Shown here: one piece after another, positions 1-13,450 of the stretch
How the letters are laid out: each line of letters opens with the position of its first letter
Numbering within the stretch: position 1 is the first letter of the stretch
From: Octopus sinensis
Taxonomy: Eukaryota
DNA length: 64,000 nucleotides
Assembly: GCF_006345805.1 (NCBI RefSeq)
Contig: NC_042999.1
Span: forward strand, 135,036,001 to 135,100,000
Direction: 5' to 3'
Translations under genes and position numbers: made by a program
The notes under the pieces: generated by a model
What the model saw: only the letters and a program-made list of their open reading frames with translations
Database searches by the model: none
Told to the model about the DNA's origin: nothing

Positions 1-1110
1 TCTTAGATCAGTTATCATTTGCTCATCGTGGTCTGGCAAGGATCGGATCATAGATTTATTGCCACATCTTGCCTCTGCCATTCGGGCCCATTGACTGGTT
101 TTTGTCTTTTCATATCTAAGTGCTCATGCCTTAGCTCTGGCAATACAAATTTTGTGTTTCTCATTGGAGAATTGGTTGAGTACCAATCTCGCTGCAAGCA
201 CGTCGGTTGTGATGCCTTGTCTAACTTTTTGACTAGCCCTGCCTCTACTCTGTTTCTTTCTACTAGTCCTTTGCTAAGGCTTATCAATTGTTTTCTAATC
301 GCCCTTTTCAGGGCAAACCACCATTTATTGTTCATTACTGCCCCTGTCAATGCCCTTTTAACTAGTTCACTAATCTGGTCGCTGAAATCTTTATGCACCA
401 GCAACATGTTCAGCTTCCAGTAACCAGGTCCCCATCTGTGAAGCCTATCTAAATTGACTGTACAGATCATGAATTCGTGGTATGTGTAATCGACTACTTT
501 AAACTGTAGACAACCTTTGCTATCCTTATCTGCTACTCTACAGAATGTCCTATCGAGGAAATAATCTGGATGATCCAATGTAGTTTGACCAGGTCCACAC
601 TGGAACATCCAGGAAATCCAATCAATACCTGTCAGACATTTGGAATCGTCTGAGTAGGTTTGTGAGACTTTTGCACCCTCCTCTCATATCTACTAAACCT
701 ATATAGTCCTCCCTTACATCTAAAACTCCATTCCAATCCCCACCTAACACTAAAGAGCAGGACATTCCCAGACATCTGAAGGAATCTGGTAGTCTTGTCC
801 CTGCCAGAGTATAGACGGCAACTAGCCTGAAAGTATGTCCTTCACTGCCTGTCATATCCAGGACTACCGACTTACCTTCCAGATCCATGAAGATCGTCTG
901 TATTGCAAGATCCAGATTTCTATGAACCATCACGGCGACTCCACCTCCAGCTTCCGGACGACTTGGAGATACATACACCTCATAGTCGTCAAAAATGAGT
1001 CAGAAGTCCCATGAGTCGGAGATTCTGCTTTCACTAATGGCCACTATGTCGACATTCAGTGCCTTGAAGTCCTTCAGGTGACCCCACTTCTAAAGCAACC
1101 CCAGGCCACG
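1..1110 (-). mobile_element. Decayed L1/Tx1-clade LINE ORF2 (APE endonuclease region), runs off the left edge of the window
   Basis: ORF 622-978 has APE-like motifs (GGGVAVMV, FRLVAVY, LVLGGDWNGVLD). ORF 48-608 has the GPGYWKLN motif typical of Tx1/L1 ORF2 just after the endonuclease. The pieces are separated by stops and frameshifts. Confidence 0.8.
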
Positions 1111-2266
1111 TACATTCATGCTACCTGTTTTGTACACGACCATGGTATCGGAAAAAGGAAAGAAAAGAAAAGAAAACTTACTTGGTTTTGTTTGGAGGGG
1201 TGGATTGCCCATCCAAACAAAACCAAGTAAGTTTTCTTTTTCTTTGGCTTGGGGTGTTTCCAACAGTAAATCACCAAGAATTCTCTTGGTGATATTCCCT
1301 CAAAAATCTCCAATTTCCTGTGAGAATTAGGTTTTTAAGTGTGTATATGTTTTTTGTGTTGTTTGAATGATTTGTATGTATGCAGGAAGGGAGATTGTGG
1401 GTATGACAAAATCGTCTGGTGTAATGTTTGTGTGTGTGTTATTATGTACTTCATTAATTCATTGTTTTTTGTGCTTATTGCCATGTAGTTGTTGGTTGAC
1501 TTCTAGTGCACTCTGTGTATGTGTATGTATATACATATATATATATATGTATGTATGTATGTATGTAGCGGATCTTGCCTGCATGAGTCGGATTCGGTCC
1601 ACCATAGCCAAATTTAAATTAACACTGCTACAGAACTTTTCCTACAATTAAACAATGGTTTTTCTCTGACAGCAGTTTTACATCTTCCAGATGCCTTTAG
1701 CTAGGCCGAAATAATGTCTTCACCACTAGACCCTTTCTAACCTCTTCTACTTCACCAAAAGCTAGAATAGAGATAACAAGACCACCAACTAAATCTATTG
1801 TTCTCAATAATATATCTATCCTTCTGGATCTTTATATAAGCAAGCACACCCCAAGCAAAAATCGGTTCATCACAGCCATGACAACTCAACGGAGTCTGGT
1901 TGACCAGCTAGGGAGAAAGCAACTGTGAGACAACACCCTACAATTCTCTCTAGCACTAATCCTGTCCCTTACAACATCATTCTATCTCTCTCTGTAATTA
2001 CTACTACTAAACAATGAAAAGGACACATATACAAACTTTACTTCGCATGCTTTTGGATGTATCAAAACCTGCCCGTCTAGGCAAGGTATTGTAACGTAAT
2101 GGTAAATAAACATTTCCTTAAAACTTCATTAATTTTTTTTTATCTTACACATCCTACAGTATGCAATCATAACAACAACTTTTTATCATCACACCAGCTA
2201 ACACCGACACCATAATATTGCATACCTAATAAATTAAAACGGTTACATATATATATATATATATAT

Positions 2267-2411
2267 ATATTATTAGTGAATGGAATAAATGGAGTTGAAC
2301 GAAGATTGTACAGAATACCTTTTATTACATTCTGTAATTATTACAGAATGTAATAAAAGGTATTCTGTACAATCTTCGTTCAACTCCATTTATTCCATTC
2401 ACTAATAATAT
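2267..2411. repeat. Perfect 145-bp palindrome (72-bp arms, 1-nt centre)
   Basis: Base-by-base complementarity from 2267/2411 inward to T2339, next to a (TA)n tract. Confidence 0.95.
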
Positions 2412-2557
2412 TAAACTTCAATTATCCGCTCCAACGCACGGTTGCAACACCAAATGGTCTTATCTCCAACCGTGCTGTTTTCCGCTGTGATTTTTGCTAC
2501 CCAGGTATCGGTTAAACCTTTGAATATTCTGTTACAAGAAAATTCATCTTTCTATTT

Positions 2558-2634
<77 letters not shown>

Positions 2635-3224
2635 TGTGTGTATGTATGTATACATATATATGTGCTGCACATTCACACACTTTTCAATGTCTTTGACATG
2701 ACGTCGGTTGGCCCAGGGCTATAGGAAAAGGCATTTATCCAAAATGCCACATACTGAGACTGCATCTACTAGACCACACAGTCATGTTTGCATCTATATA
2801 AAATACATGTACGTTCTATTCATTGGTTATGTTGCATTTTTTACATGAAATCATGAGATGTCATTATCGTGACTCCCTGTCAATTCACTTTCATTTTTTA
2901 AAAATCAATTTACTTTCACTATAGTGCATATTAATCCCAGTTGTCCTTTATGAGTGCCAGCCCAGGCAATGTACAGAGCTATAAATAAAAAGACAGCTTT
3001 TGAGATGTGCATCATTCATAGATTAGGCAGAATGAACTGAAAAGCTAGTAACAAATGCTGCAGTACTAGAAAAGCTAGATCAAAGACATTTCTTGTCGAC
3101 AGTCAAGTCCACAAAGCTATTATAATTTAAAGATACACTGTACCATGAGTCACTGTCCAAGACCATCTTGACAAGAAGTGCTGAGAAGAAGCGAGCAAGA
3201 TGCCATCAAAGATTAAACTGAAAA

Positions 3225-3485
3225 CAAGAGCTTGGCTGATTGTTGTTTCCCAACCACATGGTTCCCGGTTCAGAGCCACTAAATTTGGTAGATGGAAACT
3301 GAAAGAAGTTTGTTGTATATATGTGTGTGTGTTGTCCAGTAACTTAGCGGTTTGGCAAAAGAGACCAGTAGAATAAGCACGAGGCTTAAGATATAAGACT
3401 TGAGGTCGATTTGTTCGACTAAAAACCCTCAAGGCGGTGCTCCAGCATGGCCACGATCAAGTGACGGAAACAAGAAACAAAAGAA
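3225..3485 (+). mobile_element. Internally deleted copy of the SINE family seen at 22500-22893
   Basis: Shares ccaaccacatggttcc, atttggtagatggaaactgaaagaag and the tail ggtgctccagcatggcc...gaaacaag. Confidence 0.65.
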
Positions 3486-5134
3486 ACAGTACAAAACAAG
3501 GCAAAGAGAACTAGAGAATCTTGGCAAGCCGCCTCCAGAGCACTGGGAAGGCACCTGATATATATCATCATCGTCGTCGTTTAAAAAGTAAAAGGTAAAG
3601 CTTTGTAAAAGCTTTGTTGAGTTAAGTACTGGTTGTCACAAAAGTATTAAAATACATATATAATTTCTTTGATAATAATAAGAAAATGCTAAAAACAGTT
3701 TACAAGGAAATATCTGAGAAAATATTAAACAAAACGTATTAGGAGTTCAATAAAAATCATGTTTATTTGGAAGTATCTATATACATACACAGAAAAAAAT
3801 ATAAGGAGTTCAATAAAAATCATGTTTGTTTGGTAGTATATATATATACAGAAGGAGATATATTTAGGAGTTTACAAAGAATTTGAGATGAACCAACCTG
3901 TTTTAGCATATTTTTATTTTGTGTGAAGCTAAGGGTTGTTTACTATTTTAAGGGACAGTGTGGGAGGTTGGTTGGGGTGGGGGGAAGGAAGAGCAATGTG
4001 GAATTGAAAGGATTTTTTGTTTCTGGGCTAGTCTGTCATGGTTCAGTGGTTTTGGGGACTGTTCTTAGAGGTCAGAATGGTGTGAGTGTGTGTGTCTCTG
4101 TGTATATCTCTATGTGTGTGTACATATACATGTGTTTGTGTGTGGGGGCCATTTTTGATTGGTCCCAGAGTTTATTGTGGTGTGTGTATTATCAAAGAAT
4201 ATATATATATATGTATTTTAGTAGACACCGCAATAAATTGTTGTTGACAAACAACCGCAGAAATTGTATTCACCTCAATAGACGTCATTGATTGGTTGAA
4301 ATTGCCGAAATGCAAGAAATAGCTTACAAACTACAGAATTTTCTCAAGAAAGCCAAGAGAAAAAGATGTTTTGTGTAACACATTCTACCAGTATACGAAA
4401 TTTAAAAGTGTTTAGTTACAAAGAAATCATTTAAAAAATCTGCCGGTCAAAGTGAAAAGATCCAGACTTCCGCCCGTCCACCCCCATAAAAACCACCCTT
4501 TAAAAAAAATTTTTTTTTTTTCGGTTACGGGGAATACGAATCTGGCAAAAAATTGGCAAAAATCGGCATTTTAAAATTACTAACCCCACCACCATTTCCT
4601 TCATTTTTTCACTTTTTTCAGAAATTTTTTTCTTCAAAATATGCGGAAAAATACGGAGATTTTTCTGAAAAAATTTCCAAAATTTTTATCAAATTATTTT
4701 TTAAGGATTTTTTTTTTTCTAAATATGCGGAAAAATACGGACATTATGATTCGGACAAACATTTCAAAACATTTATGTAGTTACGGTTAAGGAAAAAAGT
4801 TAAAATTGAAGAATTAGGTTAGGAAAGGGGGAAAAAATTTAACATTGCCGGTTTTTGGCAATTTTCCGGAACCTCCGTATCCGAAAACGGGGGCTTTTGG
4901 CAAAAAAAAAAGTTTTTAAATAAACAAAATTTAGAGAAAATGGGGGGGGGGAGTCTTTCCTATGCGTTTCCTACACATTTTTTTTACACCATTTTTTTCT
5001 GATTTTCGTTTCCAGGTCAAGTTGTAAACATTAACCAAATATTTTACTGGAAAAGATTCTTTTAAATCGGATTTAAAATTTTATTCCATCCAGATTAAAA
5101 CTATTCAGTGCGGTATTAATGTTAAAGTACAAAC

Positions 5135-5218
5135 ATGGCTGAGGAAAGCAATGTTGTCGTCCCAAGGACGGCGACTGAATTACAGAAGATTAAACTTGAG
5201 AAATTGATGAAGCACCCT
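5135..5218 (+). CDS. PRKRIP1: PRKRIP1 orthologue, exon 1 of 6 (MAEESNVVVPRTATELQKIKLEKLMKHP)
   Basis: ATG at 5135, donor GTAAGT at 5219, phase 0. The peptide matches the PRKRIP1 N-terminus (human [21 protein letters not shown]). Confidence 0.93.
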
Positions 5219-7436
5219 GTAAGTAATACCTGTAGTTAGATACTGTGCAATAGTCCATTTGTTGTTTTAGCTATGTAAAATATATTTTTTAAGTGATTTG
5301 TACCTTTTTACGAACGCTTCGATTAATGGTATGGAAGCGGAATTTTTAAAAATAACCCTATTTCGAATGGGTTCAGGTTTTATAGAAATTTACTTGTCGT
5401 GCAGACATAGTTTATGTACGAGAAGTAATGTCGCAAATTTGCTTCTCTTTGGCCTAACGCCGTAGCTTCAACGTCATCATTTGATCTGCAAGAAATAATA
5501 GCTAAAATCCCTCAAACTATTCTCTACTATCTTAAAGAAAATATACATTGCTGTATCTGAATAAAATTATTGGAGAACCTTATCGTACTCTACTGATCAA
5601 TTGAGTGTTGTCGGTGGGTTAAACCTGAAGAAAATCTCGTGAAACAATGCGAAATTGCAATGCTTTGTCGAAAACTGATAGAACTGTCCCGTGTACTCCA
5701 CCGCAATGATACCCAGCAATCAGTATCATTGGCGTTGGAAGTGTTTCCTCCACAGACAAAAGAAGCCTTTCCCCAGATACTATTGCTCTGCTTGCAGTTT
5801 TTTTAATATTTATATATATATATATATATATATATCAGTCTGGAAGAAAGACTACAGTAAAAATGTTCAGTTTTTTTAGAGATGACGACAATCATATTAT
5901 TTATTGCAATGAATAACATATATTTAGGCTGTAAAAAATTAAAATGCAAAAGAACCTAAAGTAGCAACACTAAAATAAGAAAAACAAGTGTTAGGGACAA
6001 TAGAGAAATTCGGAAACTTACTAAATGTATTTCTGTTAACCGGAAAAATATATTTAAATTAACATTTTCAAATGCCATCTGTGTATCCTACTTAATGTAG
6101 ATAAACCATTGATAGTTAGGGTGCTGTGACTTTTGTGTGACAAAATTTCTTCGTAGACGTGTTAAAACAATATATATCGAAGCTAGACGAATATCGTCCG
6201 AGCAGCGACTCAAGAAAACCCTTTTGTTACCATATTTCTGAGATACGTTCCCTTTGTTTCAGTTGATTTTGAAAATTATGAAGAATTTATTAAAATATTT
6301 TTTGTCATTAAGCTGGTGTTTGCGACATAATATTTTGACGGACTGTTTTAATTTAAATCACTTTAAAAACAGTTTTTGCCATAAATGTGGTTTCAAACAG
6401 GTTGGTATCAAATGAGATAATAGTAAAAATAACATTTCGAGGGAACTAATAAAGGTCTATGATGGCAAAAATTCTGTACCATGAAGTCCTTGAGGTTGAG
6501 TTTGTTTGTTTGCTTTGGAAGAGTATTGGTGTAATCTTTTGGGATTGACACATCCGAGAGAAAAAGATTTGGACAAATTTTTATCCACTCATTTGAAATG
6601 CTCATTTCTTATAAGGGGGATTAACTCTGTTTGGAATGCCTGAAAGTTTGTCACACACTTCTTTCTTTCAAATTTATCAAAAAATCAACCTTTTGAATAC
6701 CGTGTTTCCCCTTCACCCCATTATTAATGTGAGAATTGTTTTTTAATTAACCGGAGACATCATTGCACATTTAGAAAGACATTACAGGACATTTAGTGCT
6801 GACACCACGATAAAATTACACCCAGTCTCTCTGTAAAGTGGTTGGCGAATGAATGTTATGTCAGAAGGACCTTTCAATTTTGTCTCATCAAGAAAATAAC
6901 TTCTTTTGTACTGATACTACTATGAATATAGAAACTATGCTAAAATGAAAATGGACTAGTGAGGAGTGGTCTCCAGACCACAAATGGTGAGCAGTAACTC
7001 TAAATAAGAACTAACTCAGTTTGTGATGATCTGTCCAACCCATTCCAGCATGTAAAGCAAACGTAAAATTATGATCATATATGTAGGTACTCTGGCATTC
7101 AAGTTTGAGATACAGCAGAGAGATGTATAGAATATTAATGCTTTGATAAACTCTGATGGCTTAAGGAGTGATTCAAGACCCTAAATAAATGTTGCAGATA
7201 TATTGAAACTGAAGTTGCATTAAAAGATAATAGAGGACAGGACCTAAATGAGTTGTCTCTATCTGTCATCAGAGGCAAATACAAGTGTGGGTTGGTTATG
7301 AAATGATGCTTCTTAAAGTGAATAAGTGAAACCACATCAGCTGAAAAATGAAAATAGTTAAAGGGTTGGTTTGATGAGACTTTAATGTTGTGCTCTACCA
7401 ACTAATCTCTTTATGAAAATCAAATATATATTTCAG

Positions 7437-7515
7437 GAAAAAGAAATAATTATTCCAGATTCTTCAAAGGAATGGGTACCAAAATTACCTCCAGAATTTA
7501 TAAGAAACGTTTGGG
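7437..7515 (+). CDS. PRKRIP1: PRKRIP1 exon 2 (EKEIIIPDSSKEWVPKLPPEFIRNVWG)
   Basis: tttcag acceptor, GTGAGT donor, 79 nt, phase 0 to 1. PPEF-R-V-G motif present. Confidence 0.95.
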
Positions 7516-7548
7516 GTGAGTTATATATTTGTTCATTTTTAATAAAGA

Positions 7549-7849
7549 CTAGCAGTATCGCCCGGCGTTGTTCGGGTTTGTAAGGGAAATAACTATATAA
7601 GCATTTTTAGAGAGTTACTTCCCTTATATAATAGCAAAAATGCATTAAAAATGGGGAAAAATGATGGTAATTTTTTTTTTAAATCATAGACTCATTGTAG
7701 ACGCGCGCTAATACCCAGAAGGGCTCGATATGAATGATGACTATACAATACCCGGTTTTGGTTAAACTGCACCGCAAAATGTGGGAGTAGTTAGGAATCT
7801 AAATCTTAGGAGACAGACACTCACATAACTTCACTTTTATATATAAAGA
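7549..7849 (-). mobile_element. Non-autonomous Helitron (301 bp)
   Basis: The minus strand begins TC (TCTTTATATATAAAA), ends CCCG..CGGG hairpin then CTAG, and sits between A and T. Confidence 0.75.
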
Positions 7850-8910
7850 TAAAGAAAGCTATAATATTTTCATTTCATTAAACTAATTTGGTACAAGGGT
7901 TCTTTGATTAAGGTGTTTTCTTACTGACCACACAGCTATAGCTTCAAATCTTACAATTACAACATGTGTGGTCCCTATATCTGTCAGATGACAGTATATT
8001 CCATTCCAGTTTCATAGTCCAGGCAAGAAAGTATTTACTACTAAAACACAAATGCCTAAATTTGTTGAGAGGATAAAATCCTATTCTAATTGTGCTGAAG
8101 AAAAATGTAAAAAACTTTACAGACCACGAATATAACTTATGCCAACAAGGCTACTACATATTTAATTATTGAACATGTTAGCAATGTTGTCAGTTTAACA
8201 GTGTTGATTCTCTGTCTTTTCTCATCTGTGCTATTTACTGAGATTTTGAAGATCCTACTAATTCACATCTTAGTCTTTACTGTAACTATCATCATGTTTT
8301 AATGCAATCACTCTCATTCAAAATGTTGAACCTGTTTGACCTTTATGTAATTGTCTCAAGGACTATAAAGGAAAGAAGATGAGGATAGATTGTCCATAAA
8401 AACCCACCTATATACTGCAAAGTTTCTGATGAGAGATACTTTATAGACTCAGCCTCCTACAAACAGTAGCTAATTTTCCTTCAAATTTTGTATCTTTCCC
8501 ATTTAAAATAAAAAATGTCTTTGAATCATGCAGATATATATTATAAAAATAAGATAGTGCTCATTATTTTTGTGACCATAGATCTGCTTAATCAAGCTAA
8601 ACAACTACTAAACTCTCACCAGCTTCGCTGCTATATATGATGTATGATAACTTTCATCCTTTGTATGGTTTTCTCATTGCAAGCCAGGCTACAAAGTTTG
8701 AGACCACAACAAAGGCATTCTCTAAGTTAAATTCAAAGTAGTGTCATTTGTTTTTAGTTAAGAGTGTGTCTTAGTTTTCTCACTGAGATTTAGATGAAAA
8801 TTGCATTCCATCCAACCCAATTTTTCTTGAATTAACTTAGGATATTTTCTACCATATTCTTCTGAAATACCTTTGGTGTAATCCAATTCTAATATGTGAC
8901 ATGATGTGTA

Positions 8911-9690
8911 CAGGGTGCGATAGGTAAATTGTTGCCATTTTATATTTTTAATTTTACACATGCGCATTGTTTGTTTTTGATTTTGTCAACTACACAATAT
9001 AGTAGGGTCAGCTGGGCACCATCTGTGAGAAAAACAGCACGATGACACAATTCACTCTGCCAGAAATTTGGAAACAACATGCATTCGAAGCTCCAATACA
9101 AGCATTTCAGAGTGTTTGGGTGTCAATTTGAGGACAGTGCAATCTAAGGACATATACTGAGAGTGATAAAAATCAAATGTCCAGTCAACATCATGGTGTT
9201 TGGAGTGATCACTAGTGATGGCGACGTTATGCCTCCATTCATCTTCCCACACGGCCTCAGACTCAACACAGGAGAAGGTAGTGCTGCCCTAGGTCAAGAG
9301 GTTGGCTGCTGGAAAGCCCTATGTCTGGCAACAGGACAGCACCATGCCACACAAGCAGGAGAACCCAGTCTTGGTTGTCAATCAATTTCTGTGACCACAT
9401 CACTCCTAACGTCTGGCCACCTAACTCCCCAGACTATAGCCCTCTTGATTATTATGTGCAGGGCACACTTGAGTGAGAGACCAACAAAACTCTTTGTAAC
9501 ATCAAAGATGAACTGAAGGCAAGGATTATGGCAGCATTCACCAACTTAAACAAGGAGACCATACATTGAAACCAATGGTGATTTTATTGAATAAATTTAC
9601 TCTTTAGTATTTCAAGATATTTTTATATAATTTTGGTAGATATAAAACAAAATGTCAGTATTATTTTCATTTTTGCATAATTTAAGCAAC
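8911..9690 (+). mobile_element. Internally deleted DD37D (maT) Tc1/mariner element
   Basis: TA|CAGGGTG left end. Frameshifted transposase remnant: VNIMVFGVITSDG, WQQD, WPPNSPDYSPLDYYV, with about 37 residues between the second and third Asp after frame repair. The right end is eroded, so that coordinate is approximate. Confidence 0.7.
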
Positions 9691-9814
9691 AGTATATATA
9701 CAGTTATATGTGTGTGTAATTTATTTCAACTTCAATTTTCATTTCCTCAGTTACACATTTTTCTTACCCAAGGACTCTGTATAAGTGTTTGTGTATATTT
9801 TCGTAAATACTTAG

Positions 9815-9915
9815 GTTCAAGTGCAGGTGCTGGCAGTGGTGATTTCCATGTATATCGTGGGGTACGTCGACGTGAGTATGCTCGTCAGAAGTTCATAAGT
9901 GAAAAGGCTGACAAA
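9815..9915 (+). CDS. PRKRIP1: PRKRIP1 exon 3 ([34 protein letters not shown])
   Basis: Hallmark DUF1168 motif GSSAGAGSG(E/D)FHVYR. ttag acceptor, GTGAGT donor, 101 nt, phase 1 to 0. Confidence 0.97.
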
Positions 9916-10099
9916 GTGAGTTTCTTTCCTTTTTTTTTTTTTAAGTATTTGTTGATAATTGAAACATTTGTTGCAGAAATTTTGAGAATTTCAGCCAAAT
10001 TTTAGCCACATGAGTTGTACTATATCATAAAAAATAACATCATTCATTAACGCTGATCTTTAATTTTTTTGTGGTTGTAGTCGAGAGGAAAGGGCATTC

Positions 10100-10450
10100 A
10101 CAGCCCTCTGAGATTTGTAAGATCAAAGATAGCAGCTATGGCAAAGTCAGAGAAAAGAGATAATACATCTATGGTCAAGTGGTTGGTGTCTGTTGATACA
10201 TGAATCCTTGCCAATTAGCTGGATGACTTTCTTGATGTTGTTAAGCATGTTTTTGTGTTTAGCAACATCCCAGATTTGGCAGCAGTATTCCAGTCTAGAT
10301 TTTACTAAAATTTTGCAAAGCATTGCCAATTGTTCAGAGCTGAAGTATCTTCTGTTTCTGAAAAGCAAGACTAGTCATTTGGGTGTTGTGATTTTTTTTT
10401 ATATCATAAATGTGGGTATAGAATTTTTAGCAAATTTGAGTATTTTAATT
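10100..10450 (-). mobile_element. CR1/L2-like LINE reverse-transcriptase C-terminal remnant
   Basis: ORF 10147-10368: LCKILVKSRLEYCCQIWD...IQLIG...QPLDHR resembles the LYK..VRP.LEYC..IW motif. Confidence 0.55.
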
Positions 10451-10909
10451 GCTTGTTACTCATGATTAGAGGGGTTGAATACAAGATTGTTTCGTTGATA
10501 TGTGCAATGATTGTGTCTTTGTACTATTAAAGAAAACAAGATCATGACCCATTGAAGACTGTTCTTGAGATTCCTGCTCATAGAGGAATTACAGAATGGA
10601 TGTGTGATGGTTGTGAGGTCGGTTAAAGGCTAGTATAATGTGCATAGTAATTAGTCTTGTTAGAGGGGTCAACAACTAAGTTGTTGATGTAAAAGTGTAT
10701 GGTAGATGAAATGAGCCTGGGAGTACATTAAAGTTGATAGGATGTGGGTCACAAAGACCTCCATATTCACATGCTCAATGGTGTGATCTGACAGGCAGTT
10801 TCTGGATCTTTCATAAACTAACAAAGAAATATTGACATTAATTAATCTGAGAAATATTGACAGTAAAAAGTGTATTTGATCCATTTGATGACATTATTTT
10901 TTTATACAG

Positions 10910-10995
10910 GATAATCTGGATGAGATTTATCATAAGAAGGTCTTGGAGAATCAGAAAGCTGCTGAGGAACGTACGAGTAAGAAAAGAGCTAAAAG
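10910..10995 (+). CDS. PRKRIP1: PRKRIP1 exon 4 (DNLDEIYHKKVLENQKAAEERTSKKRAKR)
   Basis: tttatacag acceptor, GTAAAT donor, 86 nt, phase 0 to 2. AAEE.T.K.R.KR motif present. Confidence 0.95.
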
Positions 10996-11039
10996 GTAAA
11001 TTATTTGTGTGTGTGCATATATATATATATGTATATGTG

Positions 11040-11500
11040 TGTATGTGACACGTAAAAAGCACCAACCAATTGTGGCTGTTGCCAGCTTCCCTTGGCACAT
11101 AAAAAGCACCCACTACACTCATGGAGTGGTTGGTGTTAGGAAGGGCATCCAGCTGTAGAAACACTGCCAGATCAGACTGGAGCCTGGTGCAGCCTCCTGG
11201 CTCCCCAGACCCCGGTCAAACCATCCAACCCGTGCTAGCATGGAAAGCGGATGTTGAATGATGATGATGATGATATATATATATGTGTGTATATGTTTGT
11301 GTGTCTTTATCCCCCCCCACAACATCGCTTGACAACCGATGCTGGTGTGTTTACATCCCCGTAACTTAGCAGTTCGGCAAAAGAGACCGATAGAATAAGT
11401 ACTAGGCTTACAAAGAATAAGTCCTGGGGTCGATTTGCTCGACTAAAGGTGGTGCTCCAGCATGGCCACAGTCAAATGACTGAAACAAGTAAAAGAGTAA
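11040..11500 (+). mobile_element. RTE-type 3' end with (GAT)n tail (about 11040-11275) followed by the 3' half of a SINE (about 11285-11500)
   Basis: ggagtggttggtgttaggaagggcatccagctgtagaaac motif, shared with 28385-29110. The SINE tail is shared with 22700-22893. Confidence 0.7.
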
Positions 11501-11501
11501 A

Positions 11502-11919
11502 GATATATATAAAGATGAGAATGTGTGTCTGTGTTAATCCCTAAAACTTGAGAACTACACAACCAATTTCATTCAAATTTTACACATGCCTTACTTAGTG
11601 TCATAGGCCCCAAAAAAATTTTAACTTCTTGCCTAGTGCAAGCCCACAGCAATATCATATCTCCTTCACTACTTCAGCATTACGTGTCAAAAGGGAAACA
11701 ATAACATCTCTCTATTGTAATGTCAGATATTTTCACTTAATTAGTTTCACTTCAATACTGAAACTATTAAAGTGAAACTACTATCTCACATATATACAGG
11801 CATACATACATACATAGATACATACATATATATAATATATCTATACTATTATTATTATATATAATATATCTATACTATTATTATATATATATACATCTGT
11901 ACAAATGTATATATATATA

Positions 11920-11993
<74 letters not shown>

Positions 11994-12789
11994 TAGATGT
12001 ACATGTAATATGTGCACATATATATATACACATATATACATGTATACACCCATACACACACAGACATTGTGTGGTTATTTATAGATTGTAAATTTATTCT
12101 GTCTAGTTACCTATCGGTATAGTGGTCATTTGCAAACTCCACAGGTGACACTTTCATTTCCCCTTAGCCCTCACTTCACACAGTTGTTAATGTTTGAGTT
12201 GGGTCACGCCCTTCCAATTGCTATAGATCCCTAATGCATCTTACGGCTGTGCCTGTCACCTGTATGGTGAGGAATCCTACATTGGGGAGTAGTAACGACT
12301 AGGGTAGAGTAGTTGACTGATTATTGTGATCATTCATCTTTTGGTTTCCTTTGGCTTTGCTCTCTTTTACAAACCCAGTGAACATACATATATTTCCTAT
12401 TTCAAAGAAATTTGAACAATACATATAAGACCCAAGTTAAAAAGATTCTCAACAATTCAACTTCTCTTGTTGACATTAAGACACCCACCCCCAATAGGGG
12501 CCTTAACTCCCACATTTTAGACCTCCCTGACCTCCATTTTTCAGGAGCAAAATCCTTTTAACACGTTCCATAAGACTGGAATTTTGGAATCTGTGCATAA
12601 AGATCTGTAGTATGGGATACATGTGTCATGATTAGAATTTTTTAGGGTGTGTAAAGAGGGAAAGAACCCTTATCTGCAATTTTGATGAAAATCAAATCAT
12701 AGGTATTCCAGTTCATTACAGAAAATAAAACAGAAATGTCTAATTCTTCAATTGCTTGTAACACGGGCAACACTGGGTATCTCTGCTAG
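11502..12789 (+). mobile_element. Non-autonomous Helitron-like element with internal microsatellite
   Basis: 5' atatatataaagatgagaatgtgtgtctg resembles the 7849 Helitron end. 3' cacgggcaacactggg (eroded hairpin) then CTAG|T at 12786-12790. Joining the two ends as one element is inference. Confidence 0.5.
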
Positions 12790-13450
12790 TATATATATAT
12801 ATATATATATACACACATGCACACAGTGTGTGTGCATATGTAATTGCACAGTCTTTGAAATACTTTGTAGCAGGAATGTTCAGCAATCACATCACTACAC
12901 CTGATGTTGTGATTCACTAGAATATTACCCACATGATCAGCAAAATCTGACCAATCACGACTTTGTGTGGGATAGGCTCCAGTGATGGTTTCATCTTTTA
13001 GAACACTTCCTTCTGAGCCTATCCATGTATACCACATCCATCTCAAATATTTCTTATAAATTCTTCTTGTTCTCATTTTCTTTGTGTATCTCTACACGAG
13101 AGCTATAGACTGTAAAGAACATTGAACCTACAAAAGTTAAGTGTGTTTTTGGTAGGGATACAGTGCTACACTTTTGGCAAGATATGAACCATTTGTAAAC
13201 TGATACTTTCATGTCCCACTTCGAACTTTGTATTAAAGATTTATTTATGATAGCAATACTGAACTATTTCCTGTACATGTTGTTTCACTTAAAGACATTA
13301 ATCTATTATTTGTCATCTCAGATATATTGCTATTTGTATTTAAGTCCCTAGCCATTTCTCCATCTTCAGATTTAATTTAATAGCAATACTTGCCAGGAAA
13401 AAGCATGATAGCCATCATTTCTCGTGGTCCCATTCCTCATTTTATATCTG

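Noticed and set aside
1590-2080. Plus-strand LINE RT remnant (ACF-DVSK-like motif near 2047-2065)
   Set aside because: Only one frameshifted motif is visible; too weak to call.
3739-3870. About 2.3 copies of a 63-bp tandem repeat
   Set aside because: Ordinary AT-rich minisatellite with no further structure.
8425-8432. Isolated CTGATGA motifs (here, 14829, 14922, 24660)
   Set aside because: No downstream stem II plus GAAA; chance or coding occurrences.
11841-12067. IYIYIY-type ORFs here and at 2442, 5691 and 43619
   Set aside because: Translations of (TA)n/(CA)n microsatellites.
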